Below, in pieces: positions 25,026 through 36,298 of a DNA stretch of 64,000 nt. Positions within the stretch are counted from its first letter, which is position 1. Each line of letters begins with the position of its first letter. The position numbers and the translations under genes were made by a program. The notes below the pieces were generated by a model. It had not been told where the DNA came from. It made no database searches and was given only the letters and a program-made list of their open reading frames with translations. The DNA comes from Parasitella parasitica NRRL 2501 (Eukaryota > Fungi > Mucoromycota), in NCBI GenBank assembly GCA_025201805.1, contig MU619260.1, positions 226,405-290,404 of the forward strand. The letters run 5' to 3'.

Positions 25026-25449
25026 TTTGTTAAAAAGAAGGAAGAAAAGAGGAAGAAAAAAAACTTTTTTTTTTTACGTTCGAGCACCACCCAAATCAAG
25101 AATGTTTGCAGTGAGGGCTGAAGCTCCTACGGATGGCTTTGATAATCCATGTTTGAGGTGACCATTTTTCGAGTACATTACAGGTAAAATTTTTTCTGGG
25201 ATAGCAACCGTTTGGGAGAAGCGGGTTACAATTAAGAAGATTGCCCCTTTGAATTAGACTTCTTTCTCTTGTTTTTTGTGCAAATTTTGACAGGTAAACT
25301 TTTTCTACTTTGATTTAAAATGGGTTTCAGGCGATTAGTTTAGTGGCATTGGAGCGGTAGATAGAGAGGGACTGATAGAGAAGGGAATGTGGAAGGGGAT
25401 TCTTTTTTCAGAATGAATGACTAATTTTCGATTCAACCTAAATGATAGT
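25026..25449. promoter_or_regulatory. Bidirectional promoter region for RPS9/RPL21, including a probable 5'UTR intron of RPL21 (25294-25448)
   Basis: Head-to-head ribosomal protein genes. CAG|GTAAAC at 25294, branch-like GACTAAT and GATAG one base before the ATG. Confidence 0.55.
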
Positions 25450-26125
25450 ATGCCTCACTCTTTTGGTCGTAAGTATTATTAGTAGGAAGGATGTCGGTTG
25501 CCATGGAGACTAATTGTCTTGATGTTTGATCGCTTTCAATAGTCCGTGCTCGTACCCGTCACATGTTCTCTCGTAACTTCAGAGAGCATGGATCTATCCC
25601 TCTCTCTACTTACTTGAAGACCTACAAGGTCGGTGATATCGTTGATGTCAAGGCTAATGCTGCCGTCCAAAAGGGTATGCCACACAAGTTCTACCATGGG
25701 TAATGTATTTTTGAGAGATTGGATCAAACTACAATCCCTGACTAAAAGACATTTGATAGACGTACTGGTGTCATTTACAATGTCACAAAGTCTTCCGTAG
25801 GTGTCCTTATTCATAAGAAGGTTGGTAACCGTTATTTGGAGAAGCGTATCAATGTTCGTGTTGAGCATATCAAGCACTCCAAGTGCCGTCAAGAATTCTT
25901 GGATCGTGTTATCAGCAACGCTCAAAAGAAGAAGGAAGCTGTGGAAGCTAAGGGTGAGTGGTTTGATCGTTTATTTTGATAAAGGTTGTGGGTTATTGAC
26001 ATTGTATACCAGTTCCTTACAACTTGAAGAGAATCCCTGCTCAACCTCGCGAAGCTCGCCACATCTCTACCAAGTTCAACGTTCCTCAAACTCTTGCTCC
26101 CATTCCTTATGAGACTCTTATTTAA
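25450..26125 (+). CDS. RPL21: 60S ribosomal protein L21 (eL21); 4 coding exons
   Basis: The spliced product is [23 protein letters not shown]...[29 protein letters not shown]...[21 protein letters not shown]...PIPYETLI. Confidence 0.97.
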
Positions 26126-26515
26126 ACGATAAAAAAAGTATTGTTTTTATATTTTTAAGAATAAATCGACGTTGTGGTAAACTCACATTATGCCAACTAA
26201 AACATATGTGTAAATAAACAAAGTTTGCTAAACGCAAGCGTTGTACATCTGAATCTTGTCATTTTTTTGAGTCAAAATGTCAACAAGAGGTGGGCAATTT
26301 GGATCTCCACCCTGAAGTAACCGATCGCTGTATTGGATATAAAAAAAACAAGACATCTGTATTGTTTCCAGCTGCTTCTTTTCTCCTTTTGATCATTTAT
26401 TTGTGCATGTCTTTGACCATGATAAGAAGCTCGCTTCGGCAAAATAGCAGGTATACACACCTTAGTGTCTACGATGACTACTGATCGGCTAATTTGAAAT
26501 TATAGGTCTTTGGCT

Positions 26516-27775
26516 ATGAACTATCACCCCATGCTAGTTACCACTGTAGCTAGACCAGCGCTTAGTCGGATTGGGCTTGCGCCAGTTTCACTCAGATCCT
26601 TTTCTACTTCCATGATACGCTTTAGCAACGAGCAAATTGGCAAGCCCAGCAGTATTATCACCAATGCCAATGCAGTAGAAGCCAAGGAACAAGCTGCTAC
26701 TACTCAAACAACAAAACCACCTTCTCGTATAGGAAAACTCATCCAACAATCAAAAGAACTGATCAGGTTTTACAAAGATGGATTAAAACAGCTTTGGGCG
26801 AACAACAAAGAGGCAAAAGCGTTGCAACTCAAAGTAGCCAACGAGGGGTATGAGTTGAATCGATCTGAATTTCAGCTGATTCATCAATCCAAGAAAGACA
26901 TGCTGAAGCTGATTCCCTTTGGTTTTGTATTTATGATTTTACCCGAATCAGTAAGTTTGGGGGTCGGGTAACCATTCTAATTTTTCACTGACAAAGCTGA
27001 TAGATACCTTTGCTTGTAATGTATGTTCCTGGCATGGTTCCTGGAACTTGTCTCAAGGCTAGCCAAGTTGTAAGTACTAGTGATTTAATCAGCGTGATGT
27101 GTCCTTGGTTAACAACTATTATTACAGCAAAAACAAAGAGAAAAGCTAAACAGTCTTCGACAAAAGATGACACGCAATGTGCTGGAATCGGCACAGTATG
27201 TCCAAGGAGTAAGTAGTGATTTAAGCGCTTGATATTGCTGATTGACATGTATTTATTGTACAACAATAGATTTCTCCCAAAGACTTTTTATCTCTATCTA
27301 AATTCCAGAAACTTGAAAAGCACTACGCTTATGATTTTGATTTGAGTCGCATCGATAGAAGACATTTGAAGTCTTATTGCAGATTTATGGGTATCAATGA
27401 TTATGGAACAAGGTCAATTTTGAAAACCAGGCTGTCAAAATACATGGATTATATTGATCAAGATGACAAGGTTGGATTTCGGTTATTACGTGAAATGTGT
27501 TTTAAAAACTAATTAATCTATCTATCAATTCGTTTATGAAGCTTCTCGTAAAGGAAGATCTTGTTGACCGTCTGACTGGGGCTGAATTGAGCCATGCTGT
27601 CGAAGAACGAGGCATGAAATCAGTTGATGAAGCCGAAGACAACTTGAGAAGAGGGTTAAAGTATTGGCTATCTTTAACGCAACCACCCAACCCTCAAGAT
27701 AAAATTAAATCTGGTCTTCTTGTATTCAGTAGAATGTTTTTACTTAATGTCAATTATCAAGGCAAGCAATCATAG
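26516..27775 (+). CDS. Mitochondrial LETM1-domain protein (LETM1-like/LETMD1); multi-exon
   Basis: Arg/Ser-rich presequence; RFYKDGLKQLWAN...LNRSEFQLIHQSKKDMLKLIPFGFVFMILPESIP; HLKSYCRFMGI; YIDQDDKLL...LTGAELSHAVEERGM. Confidence 0.8.
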
Positions 27776-27884
27776 AGTATAGAATAAATTTGACCCTACT
27801 GGGTACTCTAAAAGTTCAAATGGACCACAGTCCCCTTGCGTTTTCTCTTTTAGCAATTTTTAACGTGTTTCATTTTTGAAAATC

Positions 27885-29717
27885 ATGGCATCAAAAGAGA
27901 GATTCAATCCATACGACAGAAAAAGTATCCAACAAAGAGTTGCGAATGAGACACCTAGTGAGATTGTAAAGCTATTGAGTCGGCGTAAGATATATATATA
28001 TATATGTATATATGCTGTGCATGATATCAATACCACTGACACTATTCAACCATAGAACCACCTACAAATTCAAAGTTTATACAATCTCGTCAGTCAATTC
28101 AAACTGAATCTGATACCACAGAATACATAATGAAAAGACCTCAACCGCAGAGCCCCATCAGATTCTCCACAGCGCCCAAAAAATTCAGAAATCCGCATTC
28201 TGTCAAAGCAATCGAACAGAAATACCATCTATTTCAAAAGAAGAATCGCCATGTGGAATTGGCCGACGACGCACTTTCTGTAGTTAGTGATTTAACTACT
28301 AATCATTATTCTCGTTTTGATCGTTTATTTGAAACCTCTACCGAATCAAACGTGATACCCACAGATAAGCCCAACATTCTGCCTTTTCAACGCACAACAG
28401 GGGGAACAATAGATCTTGCAGATGCCTATGAATCGAGGAAACAAATGAGTAAACTGGAGCAAACAGCGCCTATATTTGGACATATAGAAGTGCCGCAACA
28501 ACAATCTCAATCGCACGAACAACAAGAACTTGATAGAGAAACTCCAATGGAAATTGACCCGTCTTATGAAGGCGGTATTCCTGTTGAAGCTACATCGAGA
28601 CCTTTATTTCCTAATATCCCATTAGCTACACACACTCATGAAACAGTTTATCAGAATACGCAGAAATCTTTGTTTCACGACATCACACTTGCAACGCAAG
28701 AAGAAAGGGAAATACCGGCATCACTTTTACAAAGACAAACAAGAGAACAAAACAGACTACAGGCACACACACCAACACAGGTACAAAATCTATCGCCAAT
28801 CGTATCGTTGCCTTCACCACCACCACCACTACCACCACCAGCATCAGCATCATATGTGGAAAGGAACCAGAATGGCAATTTTGAGAAGAATATTCGGAAG
28901 ACCCAAGAAAACATGTATGACGACAATGACTACTATGGAGGAGAAGACCATGAAGATGTCGATTTGAGGTACAATAGATCTGTTGACAAGGAGTCGAAAT
29001 CAGCTCTGTCCATCTTGGATGCGAACGATGCCCTCGATGATAATCAATATGAACCAATGTACGTTAAGCTAGCGTAAATTTACCATTTATATTATTAATT
29101 CCAATGCATACAATAATAGTAGCACAGAAATGTTGGAGCCCGTTAAACCGAGAGAAAAAGTAGTTGTCCAGGGGGATTCGTTTATTAGCAAAATATTAGA
29201 TGCTCCCCTCCAGCATAGGTAATAGGCAAAGACGTTGTTGATTGATGTACCTTTATTAAAGTATGGATATAGTCGCGACATCATAGGAAATGCACAGGTC
29301 AAAAGTATATTTGATAGATATTTGGGCTTAGATAAAAAAGATTTTACGGCAGCTAGATATTTTCAAGAAATTTCTGATCTATTCTTCGAGCAAATGGTAG
29401 ATGATTTGAAATCTTATAAAGCGAACCAACCGCCATATCTGCGAGATGAAATCACAGAGGACGACATTATTTTGTTGATGAAGAGGCAAAAGATCATTAC
29501 CGATAAGCAATCAATAGAAGCAACGATACACAAATATTTACCCAAAGAATACGCTGACCTTGCTTGTCAATCCGCATTAGCCAACAATCACCTATATCCA
29601 ACAAATGAAGAATTGGATGCATTGGATTATGGTCGTTTTAAAGATAACGATGATGATAATGATGATAATGATATCGATGATGATTTTGATGATAATGATG
29701 AAGAATGGTTACCATGA
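27885..29717 (+). CDS. CENPT: Kinetochore protein CENP-T/Cnn1-like (disordered N-terminal arm, C-terminal histone fold); 4 exons
   Basis: N-terminal ETPSEIVKLLSR. C-terminal ISDLFFEQMVDDLKSY...ITEDDIILLMKRQKIITDKQSIEATIHKYLPKEYADL follows the CENP-T_C pattern (YF..L.DDL..F...V..EDL.LLM.RQ.......L..L...LP.E). Confidence 0.8.
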
Positions 29718-30149
29718 CATTAAACTTTTAAATCGTTTGACAGATGAAGACATTTTGGTGCTATGCTTATCAGGCAGGCTACTCGAATTGTGATTGGTTG
29801 TTGTGGCATCTAGATTTGTTGTTTTTGATGATGGAGAAGGGGAGGGAGGAGGAGGAGGAGGTAGACCAAAGAATTTGATGGATAACTTCTTCTTCAAGCT
29901 CCTTGCTGTTGCTGAATGATGTAGATATTGGTTTTTATGTGAATAATGGCCGTTAGTTTTTGACTTTGGTAGATGGTCATCACATAATTCAATTGCAAAC
30001 TGTGAATCGTCCCAGCGTTTTCTCGGTTGTTTTTGGGATGATGTAGAATTATAACTTGAGATTGACGAGCACAACGAGGGTAGTATGGTTGAATCTTGGC
30101 TGTTTTTGCTCGAATGTTTCTTTGTATTTGGTGTTATTGCTAGAGACAT
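29709..30149 (-). CDS. Hypothetical Ser/Pro-rich protein (146 aa)
   Basis: Single ORF from ATG 30149 preceded by a pyrimidine-rich leader. Contains WDDSQFAIELCDD and a poly-Pro tract. Its stop codon overlaps the CENP-T 3' end. Confidence 0.55.
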   Translation of the reverse strand: MSLAITPNTKKHSSKNSQDSTILPSLCSSISSYNSTSSQKQPRKRWDDSQFAIELCDDHLPKSKTNGHYSHKNQYLHHSATARSLKKKLSIKFFGLPPPPPPSPSPSSKTTNLDATTTNHNSSSLPDKHSTKMSSSVKRFKSLMSW

Positions 30150-32114
30150 TTTCGAAAAAGAATAAGTTTGAAAGAAGGTAAGAAATAGAAAACAGAATTT
30201 GTTGTGTATAAAAAGGGGAGATGGAACATGTAGTGCTTCCAGCAATTCAAAAAGGGGGCATGATTGGATATTTTTTCCTTTTAGCAAACTCGGAAAAAAC
30301 ATCCAAGAAGAATTATGACGTTAAAACCGCATAAAGACATGTTTACAAAAGTACCTACTTTGCGAATCTTTTTTCAATTCTCTTAAACAGTTCAACTTTA
30401 AAGCCATCTGCAATGTTATCAAAAGACTTGTTTGAAACGGCAAATGTCAAAATGTATAACTATTGTTCAAACACAGAAGATATAGAAATTTCTACTTGGA
30501 CAGCATCTTTTTGCTTGACAATTGGACCTGGTGCTCTCTTTGAAAATGACCTAGTATGAGTATCATTAAAAATCAGACGTGAGTGTATAACAGCAGCGAA
30601 TGCTGACTTGGAGATATCATTCATGAACAATCAGCACCGGGCTATTATAAAAGTCCATTGAAAACAAATCTCGAATTGATGCACATTCACCCAAATACGT
30701 CCACAGCATATGATATGGTAACAACAAAATGTGATCTTGGGATGCCAATAGTTGACGTAGTGGTTGCAGGATTGCTGTATGTGTAATGATAGCGAAATTG
30801 CACACCATGATAGGAATAATTAAAGTCAAAGAACACATTGACAACATTATTTCAAAAATTCACTGAAACGAAGCATCTGATTTTTTTTTTTATAATTCAC
30901 AAAGCTATTGAACAAACATCACGTTGTGCATGATTCCACGTTCAAGGGGTTTGTATTTTGAATTGTATCCAAAATAAATCGGAATGTTTACTGGGAAACA
31001 TAGAACACATTTCCTCATGATATTATAGCTGATCATTCTCACAAGACATGTCCTGCATTTATGGAATTAAAAGATACGTAACAATAATAGCAGCAAGCGT
31101 ATCTGCTCTACCGAGCTATAAACATAATAAAATACTTGTTTGATGCTGTGCACCTTTTTTACGGCTAAACAGATCGTTTTTATAACATTCGGGGATAATA
31201 CAGTGATTTCAGAAAGTAAAAAAGTCGCTGGTGTTACAAAAATCCGTATCTGTTTAACATATCATCGTTTAGTTCCAACCCCATCTGTTGTTTTGAGTTT
31301 TGAAGCTATTTGAAATAATGAGTATGCAGCTTTTTGTTATAGGCAAAGTCATGTTGCTCATGGCCATGGAGTCGAGCCAATGTTCGTTATTGGAACAACA
31401 AGTTGCGAATAAATTCCCAAAACGACCCCCCCCAATCCTTAATATATCTGAAGCTATATGAAAGGAATAAATAAAACGCTGGCGTAGAGCTTTGCAACAA
31501 ACTACGGTATGTGTTTTACCCGGATGATGGGAAAGCTAGATAGACTATTTCCTTTTTTTTTTTTTAGTAAATGCCTGAATGTTTCTGCTGTCAGGTATTC
31601 ACATTTAAACAGCCTGGAGATGGATCAAACGTTATTGCGAAAACCCTAAAAATATTCCCGAAAAAAAGAAATCAGGTCGACGTTGATTTCTTGGCGAGAA
31701 GCATGCGAATATTTGTTTATTCATCTATTCAACATGCAGTATGGTGAATAAAAATTTCGCACAACATATAAAAAATGAATTACAGTGATTTACATCTGCT
31801 ATGATACATCTATGCCAAGTCTGATTTCTGTTTCAATCACNNNNNNNNNNAAAAAAAAAAAAAAAAAAAAATCTCGACAAATTCGACAGCCTCAACAATA
31901 TCGATAGCAAATGTGATAACTAGTATGCTTTATTTAGACATGAAAAGGACATCAAGGATAAAGTACATATGCAAAAACGGTCAAGTTCATAATGAGAGTT
32001 AATGGCATCTGATTGCTACAAACACTACAATCTGCTGTGGTGAAGGTGGCCATCTTGGGGTAACAGGATTTTGTTTGTTTTTCTTTTTTATCAACAGATA
32101 TCCCCAGCGACATC

Positions 32115-32656
32115 ATGGAAAACCTCGTTAAAACTGTATAGTAAACACATGTCGAACACGGAAGAATCATAAATTACTAATACTTGATTGATAACAAAGG
32201 AAAAGGCATTCAACTCTGAACAAGTAACTGCTACCATTAAAGAAGTCAGTAAGACAGTACTAGAGTTAGAAAAGCAAAGAGAACATTAGGATTAATACAT
32301 AAATATATAAATTTAGATAGTCGAGGCTACCTTGACTGATGCAGAATATTCGCATGGAAAAGTCGCTAGCTGGAACGCTAATATCATTGAAACGTGTATA
32401 ACTAAATTGAAAGAAATCAGCAAGGATTACAAATATATAGGTAATACAGCGTATAGGGATGAAATGATTATGACGAGTATTAAGCATTATTTCTATGATG
32501 CTAGTTACTTGTACGATATTCCAGAATAAGGGCGCTGGTTTCTATGTTGGAAGCCAAGTCTATTGGGACAATCAAAATGACGGTAGCGCCAGTTACAGAC
32601 ACGAATCGAAATCACTAACTGCTATAGTCAATGTGTATGCTTTGAGAATCAACTAG
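32115..32656 (+). CDS. DYNLT1: Tctex-1 family dynein light chain; 4 exons
   Basis: The spliced product contains YSHGKVASWNANIIETCITKLKEISKDYKYIVTCTIFQNKGAGFYVGSQVYWDNQNDG...AIVNVYAL. Confidence 0.88.
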
Positions 32657-32688
32657 AAGCAGTTGGTGCATTTATATGCTTTTATTCA

Positions 32689-35600
32689 TTAAAAATCGTC
32701 TAAATTGATATCATTCAATACGACGGATTTGATATCAAAGTCCAATCCCTCAAAGCCTTTTTGAATATCATCAATTTTGTTGGGTGTGCTGACTACAACT
32801 ACATTACTCGTGTCTGGCTTAAACATGTCTACAAAATACTTGCTCAACACACGCTGCAAATCGCCCACCGTTACAGCCTATTGTGTCATGCAATTAATAT
32901 CAAAACTTGCTTGCAAGCATCTTTAGTGACTCACCTGAATAGCAATCAGCATGTCTTGGTTGTACGTAGCAGGCATCATTTTCAACACTTGATTTACAAA
33001 TGATTGAAGTGCGGCACGATCCATTGTATTTTCTCTAGCAACTAGACTATAAATGACCGCACTCTTGGCCCCGTCAACAGAGGAATTATCGATTTCCATT
33101 TCATGGTTTGCCAGCTGCTCAACAACAATTTTTGCTTGTTCAAATGCTTTGAATGCATCAGGAGAGCGGTAAATTGTAAAGTTTATCAGGCCAGATTCAA
33201 TATTGGCATCCAAGAAACACGAATAAGCTAGCCCTTGGCCTCGGATCAGCTTCCAAAAGATGCCCTCCATTGTGTCTAATAATTCAATCATTACTAGCAG
33301 AGGAGCGATATCGGGATCATCAAATCTGTCAGGCCCCTTTACAGAATGAAGAGAGAATGAGTTTTCAATGGTAGGTAATGTGACCAATAGACAGTGATTG
33401 CCAGGTTTGAGACCTGCAGACTTGAGCACCTTTTTTGCCAAGGTGATGGGCGTCAAAGGTTTCGTAGCTACGGTAGGGGCGAATTCCCTGAAAGCAGTTC
33501 TGGGGGTCTTGAGATTTAAAATGTCACCTGTAACATGAATACGAATGTTTTCAGGAGAGCAGAGATGAGAGCGGAACTCGTTCAACTCGTCAATAACAGA
33601 GGATGGATCATTGTCTAATCTCTTGACCATGTCTTGCAAAAAGGTATTCTGAAACAAAATGTTGCGAGCTGCGTTGACCGACTTTTTGGGATCCATTTGA
33701 AGAGCACGCATAGTAGCGCTACCCATGTCATGGCCATCTCTCTTGGCTTGAGGAATATCATTCAAGATCTGTGCTGCAACAATCTTGAGTCTTTCAGCAG
33801 TAAACTTGGTATTCCACAGGATATCACGCAGCCATCGGATGGCAGCTTCGAATTTAGAGCTGCTCGCTTTCAAGCTGAAAACGGCTAGTTCTCTGAAGCC
33901 AAAGTTGGTCCCAAGAGTGGCATCATATTCAATAGTATCCTCGCCCAACCCCTTTACAATGTCCTCATAGGCAACCAATTTACCGTTCTTCTCGATGGGA
34001 AGAGAAAAGATGCTTTTTAAAAAGAGCCTTGTATACAACAGTAAATGCGTGGGGATGGATGAAGTGCTGATGTGCGCAGAAAGCTTGATGAAATGAGACT
34101 TGACATGATCAAACTGAATGAACAAAGGTATATCAGCACTGTTGTCCTCGTTGATATACTGCTGGACTTGATTGGAAATCTCCTCGTCATTATTTCTAGC
34201 AGTTGTTACGTTGATAAACTTGATGGACGAAGCAGAGGGAATTTTGAATCCCTCAAGTAACTCTTTGGGCACAGGAGTGTCATTTTTGGCCATAGCATCA
34301 TCCAGTTTCTTTTGAAGCTGCTTTAATTTCTCCTCACCAAGGTCGGCACGTTGCCTTTCAATACGGTTGATTTCTTCCTGGGATTGCTGTTCGGCAAATT
34401 CTGCAGAAGGCTTGCCAAATAATGTAACGCGAGGAGCGTCAATGTACCATTTCGACAAGACATTCAACCAATCTTCCACAGTGTACTTGGCGAGAATATT
34501 CAAGTATTCCCGGTCCTTTACAGCCTCCTTGAGATTTTTACCATCGAGAGTGCCATACAGAAAGTCGGAAATGGCAACGCCAGCAGCAGTTTCGTGAGCG
34601 TCAGTTTCTGCACTGTTTAATAGTTTCAACGTTTCCTTTTCAATAACGGTAGCCATTCTTATCATGTCAATCTCTTTGTCGACTACAAGACGCTTCAAGG
34701 TAGAAAAGAATTTTGGTGGCAAGTTTTCAATCTCTTCAATAGGGACACTCGAAGCCGTAAACACCAAAGTGGATTTCAAATGATCAGTGATGTGGAAATC
34801 GACATCTGTGCAGAGGGCGTCTTCAGTCTCTACAAACTCTCTTTGTAATACAGATACAGGTGAGTCGGTAAGATACGTGTTCAAAACTTCCAATTCTTTT
34901 TGAACAAGGAAATCCTATTGTAGTCTGTCAGACGTTTTGTTTGTTTGAATACGTCGATATAAAAAGTCATCCTACAGTACACATGGGGCCATTCCATGCG
35001 ATAAGCACAGTGCCCATCGACTCATCTTCGTCAGCAAAGAGGACGGTTTCCTCGATATTCCCTTCTAAATTGGGAAAGTCGCCAGTACTAATCCAAGGTC
35101 TTTGCATTTCAGGCAAAGGACCCTTTTTAATGATGGATTCCTCCACAGGTTCTAGTGCTTTTAAAAGCTCGTTCTTTTCCACCTTGCCAGTGATAATCAG
35201 GCAAAGATTGTCAGGTCTGTAGTAAGACTTGTGATAGTCACGAACTATTCAGCATTTTGTCAGAACACCATGAAATGTATACACATGTGAAACAAACCCC
35301 CTCCCCAATAAACCCTCACTTACTCTTTTCTACAGATAACTCACGGAGTCTTTCCATAAGGCCGCCAGTTTCTGATCTGTATCCGCAGTTTTCGGGATAC
35401 ATTATTCTTTTCATGCGAAGATGAAGTCTATCATCGCCTAGGTTCTGGCATCCTTGCATTTCACTGTATACAACCTGGTGCAGGGTTGTCAATATTCTCT
35501 GTCTCTCATCCAATCACACAGCAACTTACACCAGCATCTTCGCCTTTTCCGTTGATATGATGTACCTCGGTATGATAGCCCGATTCGGTCAAAGTAGGAT

Positions 35601-36198
35601 ACAAAATATGATCGACATAAATAGGCAACAAGTTTAGAAACCCCTCTGATCCAGCGGTTGTAATAGTGTAACAAGTGTGATCAACATCAGTCCACGCATT
35701 GGTTCCTTGAGCAATTGCTCGATTTGCAAGTGAATCCAAGACGCCCTTTTGCAACATGTCAACATACTATCGAGAGCAGCGTAAATTACTCTACCTTGTA
35801 TGGATACTGATCGCTTCCAAGGAAAACAAGGCTAAACATGATGTGTAAATACGTGCCTATGCCGAGAATATTATAATAGCTACTTACTGTTCCAATGTAT
35901 GAGGACAGCCAAAGTCATCGAAGCCTACAACACAAACCATATTAGATGGAGCATCCACTTGAAAAAAAAAAAAATATGCCTCCTTACTCTCAGTAGCTAA
36001 TGCGAAATAGCCATTTACAAGTGGCGCTAAATTAAAAAGAAGAATCTCAATCAAAAATGCTGTGGTAAATAATGCAGCCCTCCCCATACCTTCGATGTCT
36101 GCCAGCATGACAGTTAGCCCTGTTTTTTCACTCTTGAGTTTTGTAAACGTAACTCCAAAATCAGTGGGCACAGTACACACTTGTTTAAAATTGCTCAT
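32689..36198 (-). CDS. M16 family (insulinase/pitrilysin-like, yeast YOL098C-type) zinc metallopeptidase; multi-exon
   Basis: Inverted zinc motif GCPHTLEHLVFLGS..YPYKG (split by an intron), NAWTDVDHTCY, GVVYSEMQG, YRSETGG, FWKLIRGQGLAYS. Confidence 0.9.
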
Positions 36199-36298
36199 TT
36201 TTATTTTCAATTGATACGGAAGAAGAAGAACACAAACAGCTTTTTGAAACGCGAGGCTTTTTATGCGACTCTGGGCGGTCACATAATGTCAAATGAAT

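Noticed and set aside
24561-25121. 186-aa ORF antisense to RPS9, and similar shadow ORFs opposite RPL21, the ZnF gene and PKC1
   Set aside because: Explained by codon bias or repeats of the real gene on the other strand; no recognisable motifs.
30413-30822. Exon-like fragments with splice-like signals
   Set aside because: They could not be joined into a stop-free frame and no family was recognised.
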